A stretch of 62,105 nt of DNA, filler included, from Sphacelaria rigidula (GCA_964200075.2; 2 parts of 2 records of this genome joined end to end with filler, not necessarily neighbours in it), one strand, 5' to 3'; numbered from the whole stretch's first letter, positions 47,871-60,960 are shown. Numbers and translations are program-made. Notes: generated by a model from the sequence alone, not told the origin.

Positions 47871-50829
47871 GTCCTCACGAAGATTCTCAAATCTTGCTCT
47901 CTGGGAACAGCGGTGATTGTTTCCACCCTGGACCAGTCGAAGACGGGTCTGGGAATCTCAACGGGCATGACTGAAACACTCGACTGAACCACATTACGAG
48001 TATAGCGTCACAACGAAGGCCGCGCAAACACGCATAGGCTTCCGCGGCACAAGTGTAGCACGCCTGGCACTTGCTCTTACTCATCCATGCACAGTGCTCT
48101 TCGTTTCATGGCAACCCATTTGGCGTTGGAAGAGGGCCGGCCGTGATTGTGCACCAAAACTTGCCCAAGATGGAGTCGTTGACCCCTTGTCGGTGTGTTA
48201 CACGGAGCCTCGCTGACATCAACCATCGTGTCTAATTTAATTTTGAACAGATTTTCCCCCAACTAAAAACGCCGTACCTAGTTGATCAATAGCTACCTAC
48301 GATTCGAGCTACTCCTTTCCCATGCTGGGACCGTGGATCAGAAGTTTTATGCAGCTTATGCCTCAGGTCCGGGTTGTGTGACAGGTGTGTACCACAGCAA
48401 GGGTCATTGCGCCGCTGGTTTATGTTGCCCTGCATGGCGAACTGCCCAACTCTTGGCGATTAGCCTGAAGAATCCTGGAATATTTGTTTCAACAAAGCGC
48501 TGCTGCCCAAAAAGAGCACCGCCGCGTGAAGAGAAGATGCCGCCGCTTTTTTGGGGAGGGGAGGAAGGGGGGGGTGGTATCGCGGCGACGAATGCACGTG
48601 CTTGCTTGCTCCTTGGTTCCTCTTCGTGCTTGTTTCTTGATGATCGATAAGACACGGCCTGGGGCAGGGAAAAGAAAGTGTGCGATCTGATAAGTCCACC
48701 GCATTTCTATTTCTACAGTAGCTGGCTTCAAGTATTTTCTGCATTTAGTGGCGCGCGGAGAAGCAACAAACAGTGAAGCTAAGCTCCTTCGATCGAAGAC
48801 ACTTGACTCCTATCGTGTAGACCACAACTCCAGATACCATCATTTCACAAAACCACGCAAACCCCACACATTTCATTCTCAGCTATCACCGCAACCCAGC
48901 AGCATGGAGCACGAGTTGAGCAGAGGGGTGGATACACTGTATGTAGATGTTGGGCATGATGTGTTTTTGTCGGCGAAACCTTGAGCATTTTCTGTTATAG
49001 CAGAGGTTGGCGACGGGGTTCCGTGGTAGGATTGGCATCAGACTTGCTTACACGCTCATGGACAGCGCAGGCACTACGAAAGTGCACGTTGTTCAAGTCC
49101 TTTTCACGTCGCGTTTGCAAGCACAAAGTTGTAAACAGTCCTGTGCTTTCGATACTGCACGTTGTTCGCTTCTCTTTCACGTCCTACTGTGCGAAACACG
49201 CACACACTCTCAGACGCACTGTATGCCGACAGTGTAGACAGTACAGTACTGCCTGTGCTTTAGGCAAGCGAAGACGTACCGTTTCACGAATGTCACTGTC
49301 TTTTTTCGATCGAAAGCTTGCCCATTCGCTTGGACGCAACCCGCGAAAAATGAACAAATTCGCCCAATCAATTCCACCACACGTTTTTTTTTATCAAAAA
49401 CAAATGCGCGGAGACATGCCCTTAGGCCGTTCCTTATGGCGGATAAAAATAACTATCCAGAAAAGTGCTTTTTTAGAGCTTCTACGTCTTTCTACGCGCT
49501 AAAAGAGTGCTCGGCGGATTTTATACCTTGGAATTGCCTTGCTGTACTCACTGAGATGGTTCCAGCACACCTGTGCATTTTTCCGGTGGTAGCAGGCTTT
49601 TTTTCACCACACTTGCATTTTTCTCGAAAATCGCTCTTTTTTCTTGGAGACTGATCGAGTCCCGAAAAAACTCTGCAGTCTCCGAGAGAAACGTGAGTTT
49701 GGACAAGTTTTTGGACACCATTTTTGTTCTTTATGAGGCACGGCCTTGACGCACATGGTGAAGAGATGAAGAAGAAGAAAAAAGGCAAAGCTAACAAGGC
49801 AGCTTACCTGCCCATGACAATCATTGTGGGTCCTATTATAGCGGGGAGGCACGAGACTGACTGTCTGAAAAGAGCGATGCTTCTTTCCGTGCTGGGCGCA
49901 GCCACAAACAGATCTGCAAACCTGAGGAGGCGTGACTGAAACATTTGTCATCTACACCGCTGAGCCCGAGCAAACACGGAGACACCCACAGCACAAGCAC
50001 ACCACACCTAGCGCTGGCTCTTACTCATCTGTACACAGTGTCATTTGTTTCAAGGCAGTGCGTCCGGTGTTGAAAGAGGGCCGCGTGTGTGTGTGTGTAC
50101 CAGAAAAGTTACTCGTGATGGAGTCGTTTACCGTCTGTGGGTGGTGCTATACAGCACCCGTCTGGCAGAAATCATCGTGTTTCATACAAGTTTGAACCGA
50201 TTTTCCCCGAGCCAAAAATGTCGTATCCACTTGATCAATGGCTACGGCCCGAGCTGTTCATTGTCGATGCTGGGACAAGGAAATAAGAAATTGATGTGAG
50301 CATACGTGCCTCAGGTTCGGGATGTGTGACAGATGTAAATCACAGGAAGGGTGATTGCGCCGCTGGGCAAAATGGACTCGTGTTGACCAATTTGGCGGGA
50401 CGCGATAGTGTCCCTCGCGAAGTGTGATCATGTCGCTAGGTGAGGCGTTTTGTTGAGTCCGGGGTTGCGTGTGATTCCGAGAGTTACAGACAACCAGAGA
50501 TAGTTGACGAAATGGGACTGAAATTGCGACGAATACGGCACTTTGTTTAGTAATAATCTGGAGCAGGATCACATCTCCCCTACACTGACGGGTGACTTCG
50601 GGATCATGTTGTGTGGCGTGTTATAGTGGGATATTTCAATTCATAACCGCGTGTTTTATCACGGTACGCTAAATTATCAGGTTGTGCAACTCTTCCTCTG
50701 ATTTCACCTTAGGCACCAAAACCTAGCTCGTGAACCAAAGAAAAAATACACGCTCGAAGTGCCAAGTCAGTGTTCTAGTTGCCACGTGTCCCTTATCTTG
50801 GACCGGTGGCGCCGAATGTATCAAGAGTT

Positions 50830-51062
50830 GGACGAATCATCGCCGGTTCGAATCACCAAACCCACGATTTTTTAGGTCTGATTTCTCCGAAGGCAGAGAA
50901 AAGTTGTCCGCAGATCAAGCACGTCTCCACGCAATATTTGCTCCAATCCACGTGCCTGGCGTGCAACGCTGAAAACGAAGCCCAAGGATTGACTCCTACG
51001 GTACGAATGAATCACGCCAAAATCAGGTAATTTCCAGACGAGACGTTATTTGTCCGTCCCTT
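50830..51062 (-). mobile_element. Fragment of the SINE body seen at 61100-61345
   Basis: Reverse complement aagggacggacaaataacgtctcgtctggaaattacctg...cacgtggattggagcaaatattgcgtgga...tttggtgatt...gatgattcgtcc aligns with 61100-61345. Confidence 0.75.
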
Positions 51063-51499
51063 GAATCGTATCGTTCGAAACAGTGCGATTGAGTGTTGGC
51101 GGTCGGTACAGGGATTTTCATTTCAGCGCGACAGTCCCTCGTGCCACGAAGCTGTTCTGGCGAATGGGCTCACCGGCTCATTGAACCGTGGTGCTACACG
51201 TGATGGGCACAGGAAACGGGACGTCTCAGTGCTGATACCGTGGGATTCCATGGTACCTTGTCGTGTTGGCTTCCGTACCATGCATGCACCGCTTGCCAGG
51301 CTGTGCATACATCCTCATCTACCCTGCGGGGGTTCGCCACCGTGCGACACGCCTCTCGACAGTTACTGATTTTCATCTTGTCAAGTATTCGGGTTCTGTG
51401 CACACCCGCTGTGCAGGCTACCCGTCGACACTCTTCTGATTTGTCGTCCACCTCCCGTCTCCTCCGGCACTCTCTCATTGTGTGTTGTTCATGTACCAG

Positions 51500-51569
51500 G
51501 TACACGCTGGAGCTGATCAATCGCAGGGAGACCCTGGCGTCGGTGCTGGGCCAAGGTTGCGAAGCGTGA
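51500..51569 (+). CDS. Ankyrin + JmjC protein, terminal exon 2
   Basis: accag|G TAC (phase 2 matches) gives DDTFG-YTLELINRRETLASVLGQGCEA*, supplying the last JmjC strand after WGHAAINL. Confidence 0.75.
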
Positions 51570-53098
51570 ATCTACCCGTGAGGCTGCTGTTACGCGGGAG
51601 ACGGGAATACATTTTTGACGTGAAAGGAAGGCCCGTCCATGATAGCCGTACACGATGCCAATTTTGGCGTGTATGAGTTACTGTGTGCCCAGGTACTTGG
51701 ATGTGAGGAGAGGTCCAGTGCGTGCTGCAAAAAAAACGCCGCGAGCTTTGCTCGCATGTGTTGTTTGCCTGTTTTTTTGTTTTATGTTTTACCCTCGCCT
51801 CCATCAGTATTGCAGTGAGCAGCGTGTACTGTCAACTGACAGCTGTAACTGTGTTCCCTTTCATAATTCATCGATTCCGAAATTCGTGCTTTGGCGCGAA
51901 TAGGGTAGTGGATGCTGTTAGAGTTCGCGCATAGAGGGAGTAGGTGGATGTGAAGGCATCGTGATGTGCTGCAATTGTCCCCACCCCACCCCACCCGCCC
52001 CTCTTTAGCCTTTATAATTTCGTTTGAAGGTGGTGAGCAGCTTGAATGCGTTGTTGTTCTCACAATTCGCGGGTTGCACCCCTCATAGTCTACGCGAGTT
52101 CTTCGTGAAATAAACGGGGGTACTGTACTTCCAAGAGTTTTGCGTGGACGGTGAGATCGGGGTCCTCAGAGTGCTGGTAGCCCGCAGGGTTCGTTAGCCT
52201 GCCAAGCACATATTTTTTGCTCAATCCAGCGCCTCACGCTGCCAATTCGAGTTCTGCCAACGCATGCTGCTTGTGAAGGATATCCTCCGGAGCCTCATTC
52301 GCTAGGCTCTTCATAATACGCCTTGGGATACGGTCAAGATGTAGTTTATTTTTTATTCAATAATATGCCAACCATGCATTATTTGGTGACGAGCTCGTGT
52401 AAACCCCCTTTTTCTGACGAGTTGTCAATGGCATGGGGTAGCTTGGTCCTCTTGGCGTGTTTTTTATTTTGTCTTTTCGTGCCGAATTCCTGTTTGATGT
52501 TTCCCTTGTGTACGAGTATTGAACGTCTGTCGCCCATGACAAGCAACGAAGTCCTTGGGTCCTCCTTTTTTTTTGGTGAGAGGGTATCTTCATGCAGGAG
52601 CTCGGGTCAACTCGTTGCGGCGTGTCGAGCTCGTGTTCCCACGTTTTGGAGTGGTGTTCGTAGTGCATGCCGGCGTGCACTTGTATCGGAGTACTTATGT
52701 ACATAAGCTTTTGACTCGCTAAAAAGTTCGAGGCATGTATTAATATGGAGGATATATATATATATATATATACATACACATACTGTATCGTGCCGTCTCT
52801 TGCACAAGGCTTGGGTCAGTTTTTCGAGTGTGCAATAAAAGCGCTGAGAAGCAGTCGTTGAATGTTTTCAAGAACTCCCGTACTTCGTCATAGCGCGCGG
52901 GCCTGTCTGTCGCATACGTTGAAGGTGATTGCTGCCCGCTACTGCATAGCACTTCCAAGCAATGCCGGAAAAACTTGACCAGATACTTTCTCAATAATGA
53001 GTTGGCAGATTAAGTAGGGAATGACTTGTGAGTGAAGAGTTGCACGTACCATTTTTTTTACCCGGCCGTTTGGACGGCGAAGTGGTCATTCTGAGTCT

Positions 53099-53220
53099 CA
53101 TGTCTGCCGATGAGGGCATGGGTGTGACTTGATTTATTTGCACAAAATCTCCGGCAGGCATGTCTGCCGATGAGGGCATTGGTGTGACTTGATTTCATTA
53201 CACAAAACCTCCTGCAGGCA
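53099..53220. repeat. 60-bp tandem duplication (2 copies)
   Basis: catgtctgccgatgagggcat(g/t)ggtgtgacttgattt...cacaaaa..cc.gcaggca occurs twice. Confidence 0.93.
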
Positions 53221-55253
53221 ATCAAAATCCCGAAACCTTCAGAAAGAGTTGACGAGGCCTCGATTTTTAATTTTATTTGGGGGGGGAGGGGGGAGCGAGT
53301 ACAATCAATCCAAGTGGTTGAGGTACTAGACGTGGTCAGACCTCTGAAGCTGGTGTTGGTTCACTTGTTGGAGAGGAGTTTGGTTTTGGACTTGAAGCAA
53401 GGGTTTACACTGTTTTCAAGGAGTTGCTATGTGTCGACCGCGAGTGATTCAAGTCATGAACATTGAGATGGATGAGTGAAGGAAAAACAGCATCTTGTGG
53501 GGCGGCTGAGTTTCGGTGTTGGTAGCTGCCTTGAGACTCTGCCGCAACCCCCAAAAAGGGTGTATACTTGCTGCTGTCAAAATTTCAGCGTCCAACTCCT
53601 AATATCACGCCGTGCGTCGCCTGAGCGAGATTCGCACCTACTCTTGGCTGGCCCAGCTCGTATACTTCACTACTACTGTACAGCGCAGTACTGCATAACT
53701 TTCCGTGGTGCTGACGATATACCTCTAAAAAACACGGAAAGCACGTGAGCTATGCAGGTAACAAGTCTTTTACAGGTCTACAAGACACCAGTATTTCTGT
53801 TGGACCCTCACAGAAAGTGGTCGATATTGATTTTTGCCATATCTTCTACCCCTCCCCAGTCAGCGATTTGCTCGACCAAAATATACGGACGTCCCGTATT
53901 TTTCTAGACCAAAGGCCTGTTTGTCAAACCCAGCAGCTTCCAGACATAACAGGAAACGTTTCGAGGCAATATACGGACTCAGCATTTTTAGTTCCTTCCG
54001 AGTCGTTACGGATTGCTCACAGCTCAGGCAGAGCTGGCGGACAGACGGTTGATTCCTCGAGACAGACCACAAGAAGACTCGTCTCAAGGAAGAGGGAGAG
54101 TTGAAAAGTGTGGCGAAAACAAAAGGCGACGCCCAGGCATCATTTCATCATTTTGGATCCCTGTACAATTTGGTCATCTTCCTCCAGCAATTTTACTACT
54201 TCGCCCTCAGTTTTCTGTGTGTCCAGCCTTTCCATAGAAAAAAAAATCCAGGCACAAATCCTTCCCCCGTCCCTGCCTTGCCGTTCAAGAGGTTTTCGGG
54301 GTACGGCGACGGGAGCAACTTGCTACGGCATTCCTCGAGGAGTGAGTGTTGTTCGACGGTAGGGGGACACTATTTTTTTGCTGAGGCTCTTCACTTTTCT
54401 CTCGATGACAAACGTCTGGGCCTTGCTGCGCAGCCTCAGAAAAATTTTGAACTAAAAAGTGCACCCGTACGGTAGCATCACTCCGATGTACATGTACTGT
54501 GTAATTATATAATCATAATCATGTGCCGAAACGTTATCCCCCATGTACTTGTTAAGATACCGATTGACTGCTGAGCTAAACAGCCAGCGCCTCGTACATC
54601 ATATGGCCAATCATATGGATCATCGTCGACGTTATCATTTATTTGATCCGCGGCAAATTGAGCCGTGGTCACAACAGACATACATACCTAACCAAGGCAA
54701 ACAGAGAAACCACACACACACGTGCTAAGGAGGACTTGAAAGCAAGGGACATATTTAAAAGGGAGAGGAGGAAACCGAACAGAAATAGGAGACAAAAAAA
54801 GGGGGACAAAAGGAGACGAAGAAAAGCATGATGCCAATAAGATCCAGTACCGGTCCGGAGGAAAACCCTGGCAGGCACCTGGCAAGACTTTAGCTCAGAT
54901 TTCCCTCTTTGCTCTCGATCACCTTGTTGCAATCACATGTTTTTCGACTGCTTGAATACAAATAAATCCCGCGGCTTAGCCCTCTCCGCGACCTCCTCAT
55001 CCACCTCGCACTTCATCCATGAAGCAATATTCTACCCTGAATCCTCACCCCGCTTGCCCTCTCGGACCACCACACCCACCTCACGTGAGTCGTAGGGGGC
55101 GGTTAACAACCGGCGGAACCCCCTGTATGGTGGGGAATCGATTTTTTTTACTGTACCGTAGGTGAAAATTGAATTCCATACTGGGACCATGTCCTGTACG
55201 CCGACAGACACACGCAAAATGAACGAAGAGCTTATTACGAACTCACAAGTTCA

Positions 55254-55646
55254 TCACGTACACAACAGTAGGGACGCCAAATTCGAGCTCACAACAAATA
55301 CGTGGCCGAGTACGAATATGCATACAAGACTCTCGCTACCTCTGCTGTTCTGTTGTCTCTCCAAGTCGCCCATTATTGTTAGGACCCCCCCCCCTCTATC
55401 ATCGGCGACGCTGGACTTGTACCTCCTACGCATCGCTCTGTACTTGCTAAGCCTAGAGAGCGCTTCAATGTCCCTCACAACCCGTCTACCTCGAGCAACA
55501 GCGCGTTTGATTTCTATTTCGTCCTTGAGCGCGGCGTTTTGCCGGAACGCCTCCATCGCCTTGTCCTTGACAAATCGCTCTCCTGAAGGATGTCGTCGGG
55601 CGGCGAGTACGAACCTCTTGCACAGGTCACGCACTAGTGGGTGCAT
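55254..55646 (-). CDS. ETFRF1: LYR-motif protein, LYRM5/ETFRF1-like (electron transfer flavoprotein regulatory factor 1)
   Basis: MHPLVRDLCKRFVLAARRHPSG..FVKDKAMEAFRQN..KDEIEIKRAVARG..V.RDIEALSRLSKYRAMRRRY matches the LYRM5 pattern (LYK..YPKG..F.KN..I...I..GE...KELEAL..L.KYRAMK.RY). The 3' end is uncertain. Confidence 0.8.
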   Translation of the reverse strand: MHPLVRDLCKRFVLAARRHPSGERFVKDKAMEAFRQNAALKDEIEIKRAVARGRRVVRDIEALSRLSKYRAMRRRYKSSVADDRGGGVLTIMGDLERQQNSRGSESLVCIFVLGHVFVVSSNLASLLLCT

Positions 55647-55946
55647 CTTACTGTAGTTTTTTCAGTCGATTGTTGTTTGTTTCGGGTGGGCGATACCCTC
55701 TATAGTCAGGTTTCGAGCAAGCGCGTGTTCCTCACAGGAAACCGATGTAGTAGCAACTTGGTAGTCGAGTGCTGTTGCTGCTGTTTTGTCGAGCGAGATG
55801 TGCACAGTATCTTCCACACGGTCACGAGCTCAGTGTTGTCACGTTAATATAGGTTATACTCCAAACATGTCAATTATCGCCGACACCGTCTTCAGTCCGT
55901 TCTACGCTGTGCCACGTTGTCGGGTGCAGTGTGTAACTGCTCAGAT

Positions 55947-58900
55947 ATGTATGTTTTGCCTGTTCTGGTTATCTTCCTACCGACATGCCATGTTCAAGCG
56001 TGGTCGACCGCGATGTGGTCGACCGCATCTCGCAGGCAGCACATGAGGGCGGTAAGTTGACCTTGCACAGGCTCTCCTCGGTACCAACACAATGCACATG
56101 ACGACGCAGAGCAGCAATTGCAGTTGTGTATCTGCAGTGTTGATCATTGCCTCACGGACCATGTACACGAATGCTTGTAGCGCTGTATCATATTACTGTG
56201 AGAGTGGTGAAGCAGCACAGCGATAGTAACTTGAAAACTTCCGACGCTCGTCATGTGTTCTCTATATCCGTCTGTCACGCTGGATTCTCAGCTGCAGCAA
56301 CGCGAAGTCTGCATGAGCTCGTCTAGCAGCATGGAAACAAGCTCTACACGAGGCGAGTGGCTGCGAAAAACCGCCGGGGCAGGAGCGGTGGCTGCTATCG
56401 GCCTATCATCTTCTTTGCTCGCGAATCCCACACGATCAATGGCAGCCGTGGTGGCCGTCGATGCTCCGTCCGTGTGGGCACCTGAGGTGAGTTTGTGAGG
56501 ACGAGCTAGAGTAGCTATGACGGTAAATAACACCCCCTTCTCCCGACCCTTTTAAATTGTAGGTTTCACTTTCAGTTAAGCCACTTAGATATCCAGAGTT
56601 GCTGATCTCTGAGTGTACCGCAATTGCGCATAAAAATGTGCCCAATGCATGATCGTTGGGCTACTTACCTCTGTATTGACATCATGTACCCTTTGATATC
56701 AGGCATCGCACCGTGTCCTTCTCGCTCTCTTGAAGGTACCTGCCTGGCCCGTGTGCTACACCCTGGTTGTATCTTCCCCCCCCCTCCCCGCCCCCTCCTC
56801 CTCTCCGAGGGGGACGGGTCGATCTAAATTTTCCGAATTTTCCCGAGAAACTGAATCCTGTCCTCCCTCGAGGTTTTCTATGTATCGATACATGTCTACT
56901 TTCTATACCAACCGGTCGGTCCACATACATTTCTCGCTCGGTTGCGACCGGGTCGACAGCGAACAAAGAAAGATCGACAGCAGTACTCTACCTTCCATGG
57001 GGGCGCCAGTATGGCTAATCTATTTTTTTCTTGTCAATTTCCGTGCGCCAAAATTATTCGAGACGAGTTTCGCTATTTGCCTATTCCCTCTCCGTGCCAT
57101 TCAGTGGGTACTGGCAGTTTCTGACCCTTTGCCGAAGACCCCTTTTGCGCACAGTTATGGTTCCATCTGTGCCCGTACACGCGTGTGTGCGGCAGGGTAA
57201 TCCGACGGCGGCGGCATCCTGGTTTCCATTGTTGAAGAAATGCTATAAAGCATTAGAAGGTAAGCGTGTTCCTTGACGGGCGGGGTGAGCTTGTAGCCCA
57301 TTGGGACTCCGACCATGACGTCAAGTCTATCAGATTTGTGACCGTCGGAGCTCACGACCATCCAAATGAGGTCTTGATACGGATGGTTCGCCTTGCCGAT
57401 AAATTTGGGAAGCAAGAGCTTTTTTCTGTGGTAGTAGGGCGTTTTTGTCTCCCTCGGTACATCAATATATAATGCTGCAAAGTGAATCTAACGTAAAAAT
57501 AGCTTGACACGTGCTGAAACAGCATCGTACAAGGCTGTTGTGGTCCTCATGAACCGTTAATGAAATGAAAAATGTCGCCATGCAACAACACAGTTGAGTA
57601 GTTGTTGTTCAGTGAAATATTTTCACTGCAGTCGACAAGCTACGGGAGTGCTGATCCAGTTCTTGATAGTGAAAATGCAAGGCAAGTATCAGGAGAGAGA
57701 TAGGTTGATCCCTCGAGACTTTGCACTCGTCCCGAGGAAGGAGGGGCGGAGGTAAATCTCCGATCACGTGAGAGGCAAAGGTGTACGTTTGACCGACATC
57801 ACAAGGCCGCCATCGCTAATTAACCTGTCTACTACCGTGTACGTCCCCCCCCCCCCCCCCCCCCCCCTACCAACCACCCCCCCCCTCCCCCCCCGCCCGG
57901 TGCCTCCGAACCCCCCCCCCCCCCCCCCCCCGCCCCCCNNNNNNNNNNGGCAAAGGTGTTCCTTTTCCCGACACCCCAAGCCCCCCCCTCCTAATTACCC
58001 TGTCCACCCCCGTGTCCCCCCCCCCCCCCCCCCTTCTCAATGTACAACACATCTCGGCGCTTCACGCTTGGCGATTGATTGCGAACCTGGTCCGGCAGCA
58101 CTCGACGTGCTTCGTCCCGGCTTTGTAGAGATGCGAGGTCAATGATGATATGACTACGGCATGCAAGATCATGAGTACACCCCTTAACGCTTGCGCAACC
58201 GTTGATGGGAAAATGACGAATTAGAATTGACGTTTTTTTTGTCAAGATACGGTTGTTTTTCTGCAATTGTTGATGATGCAACCCACCAAAACGGTGCACC
58301 ACTCTATGTCCAAGTATACCAATATGACCCATTCGTGCACCGAACTCGAAACTGACGTTTTCCCGGTGACAAAAGCTCGTATATGGGAGTTTGTACTGTT
58401 TTTCGCGAGTTTCAAAATGGTGAATGTACAATAAAGGCTTAGTCCTGGAATGCCGTATCGCGGTATTGCTTAGAGGTAGAAACATAGCGGGTGCATCACG
58501 ATATCTGAATAAGCCATTGCTATGGTATTCGTTTTTCCACCCTCAGATGTACTGGAAAATTGGGACAAATTGGCGGCGCGGCAAGACGGAGACGCGATCA
58601 GACGATTGATTGGAACAATCGGCGTTTCCAGCCCTTTATCCTCCTTGCGAAAAGCTTTCGTTAGTGTCAGAGACGCCGAGGAAGAGTCGGTGAGGGATAG
58701 TGCAGCTATTTGCTAACGCCGAAGGGAAGGGAGAAACGCGGGCGTAGGGGCGGCTACCCTGGATATACCATGGCTGAACACAAAATTGAGCTCAGATTTG
58801 TCGTTGAGGAGGGTGCACTGGGCTGTTGCGGGGCTGAGGTGTTCGGTTCTTATCTGGCGGAACACACGCGATCGCGACGCTTTTCTCAGAAGAGCTAATG

Positions 58901-60182
58901 AATATCCGAGGATGAACGGAGTTAGGGAGCGGGTGGGGGAGAAGGAGTTGCATAGTCGCAATCGTCTTATAAATCCAGACACGTTAGGTACCCTATTGCC
59001 CGTGCTTACCACTTACTCCTGCGGCGCAAGTACAGATCTAAGTACACCCATTGAAATGAGATATATAAGTGAACGCTTCATCCTTTCAACAAGGCCCCGG
59101 TGCCGTAACGATAGGGTGGAACCTGATCCGTCGTATCGGCAAAAACGTGAAGGTAACACGCCGGCCTAACCGCGAAGACAGCTTGGGTCCATAGGTGGGT
59201 GCCAATTTCCAACCACATGGCAACAATGTTGATGCCATAAAATGCATGTCCGCACGAAGATACGACATTTCCTCAATCACTGCCCAGGGTCAATCACTCA
59301 CACCGAGGTACTCAAACATGCCACCGAGGCTCACATCCTGCAGCAGTGCTGTCAGCGCTTGAGCATGCACGCATCGAGAGTCTAGCTCTTGAAAAGGTGA
59401 CGCTGAAGTCGTGTGAAATCAAAACAAAAAATGTGTAGAATTCAGAGAGGTCTGAAAAGGTCTGGAGGTGGGCATTATCCAAAAATATTCATGGCGAGCA
59501 AGGCATCATTGCACCTGCGCGTGTTGCTGCACGTAGGCCGTGGTGGGTGACCGAAGCCCGAACTTGGACCCGTTGGTGAAACGTCTCGATACGGGTGGGA
59601 GTCCCCTCCCTCTCCTCCAAAGTTGGGTGTGCGTCTCCAAAACCTATTCACGTGATCCGGCGGTGCTTCGTCCGACATGTGCTGAGTACTCTTGTGTCTC
59701 CTAAAAGCAGAGCGAAAAGCAGCCGAACCCTTTGAGTGTCAACGTGGGTAGGATATACGGCTTCGAAATCTCGCGCATAGCACGTTCGGCCGTGGCGCCA
59801 TGCGATCGACACAAGAATCGAACAAGGATACGAAGAAAAAAAACAAGGCCGGAGTTGTTGTTCTGCTTGTCTTGAATCACGCTGAGCGGCCTGTAGCGGG
59901 GTTGCAACCGCAAGCCAGCGAATCACCGCCGCACATGGTTTGCTTGTGCGGTCCGGGAGCCTCAACTCAGCCCGGTCCCTACCATCATCTATCTTCCCTT
60001 GGATCGTGTTTTGTACGTCCATCGTGCAGCAAGGAGATATCGAAGTCATCGAATTTGTGGAAGCTTACATGGAGGTTTTGACGGCACTCGGAGACGCGGA
60101 AAATGACCTCTACTCGGCCAACTTCGCAGAGTACGCCGGCGGTGGCGGCATGAAGGCGAGCAAAAATAACAAAACACTGTAG
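55947..60182 (+). CDS. Putative nucleus-encoded thylakoid-lumen protein of unknown function (5 exons: 55947-56051, 56292-56486, 57196-57259, 58547-58689, 60030-60155/60182)
   Basis: Phase-compatible GT-AG exons. Signal peptide MYVLPVLVIFLPTCHVQA-W, Ser/Thr/Arg-rich transit region, TRGEWL plus hydrophobic AGAGAVAAIGLSSSLLANPTRSMA. The mature part looks helical (ENWDKL..DGDAIRRLIGTIGVSSPL..LRKAF..AENDLYSANF). Confidence 0.8.
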
Positions 60183-60960
60183 AGGTCCTTGAAGAGCAGT
60201 AGACATTCCATGCATATACCATTCGAAAGTCGTGGGGCTACCTTAGTTCTAGTAGTCTTGATCCGACGCTCGCTCGTGAAGTCAAGGGTAAGTACCCGGG
60301 ATGGTATTGGCCGATCTCCTTTGACTATACAATCGTGTCGAGGAAAGGGAAAGTACGACTATAGTGGTCAAACTTTGAAAGAAAATATTTTCGATTCGAA
60401 AGTGATTTTTTTTCAGGTTTTTCGGTTATCACGACTCATCACGGTTTTTCTTCGATCCCAAACTTCGGAAATCGAGAGAGATAATAACTCGCCATAAGTT
60501 TCAATACAAAAATGGATTCTACGACAAGAGTTTTGAACGAGATGCGGACTCGCCGGTCTTGAGGGGCCCGACGAGTGTACAGCCCCCCCCGGTTCCTGCT
60601 CGCTGATATTTTCGGTCGACCGAACCGATCCAGACCGCTTTGATGAAAAATGATATGCCTTCAGTTTATCTTTTACCCCTATATTATTTCAGCTACAGCC
60701 GAAAGAAACGTGTTTTTGGCCTATATGCGTTCAATAACACCCCTCGGTAAACGGGGTTTTACTCTGTATCGTTCCGACAACACAAAATTGAGAAATGTGC
60801 CCCGAGGTCGACTTGCTTCTTTTTCCAACGCTTACCGACTCTCACGTTCTCGAGTACAGGTGACAAATTGCCCGAGAAAAAATCTCGATTGAGTGAATAC
60901 CATATTCAAAGGTTGACGACTGTACAAAAAATGAATAGATGGTATGCATGTACTAGAACG

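Larger units (their letters stand above)
44850..50370 (+). repeat. Three diverged head-to-tail copies of a ~1.7-2 kb element (starts ~44850, ~47351, ~49747; third partial) inside the JmjC intron
   Basis: Shared blocks include agaagcacgaagaggaacaaagccatgcagtttgcc (44878, 47379), gatggagtcgt (45231, 48169, 50117), tgctgggac..gtgcct(g/c)aggt..gacagg/atgtg..attgcgccgct (45385, 48322, 50268) and tgcacgttgttcaa (46861, 49084). Confidence 0.85.

Noticed and set aside
52320-53100. Decayed coding-like sequence on the minus strand (possible viral or TE relic)
   Set aside because: No recognisable motif in any frame, so a call cannot be supported without a search.
57764-58145. Poly-Pro / poly-Gly ORFs (extensin- or formin-like)
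   Set aside because: Low-quality poly-C tract around an N gap, inside an intron.
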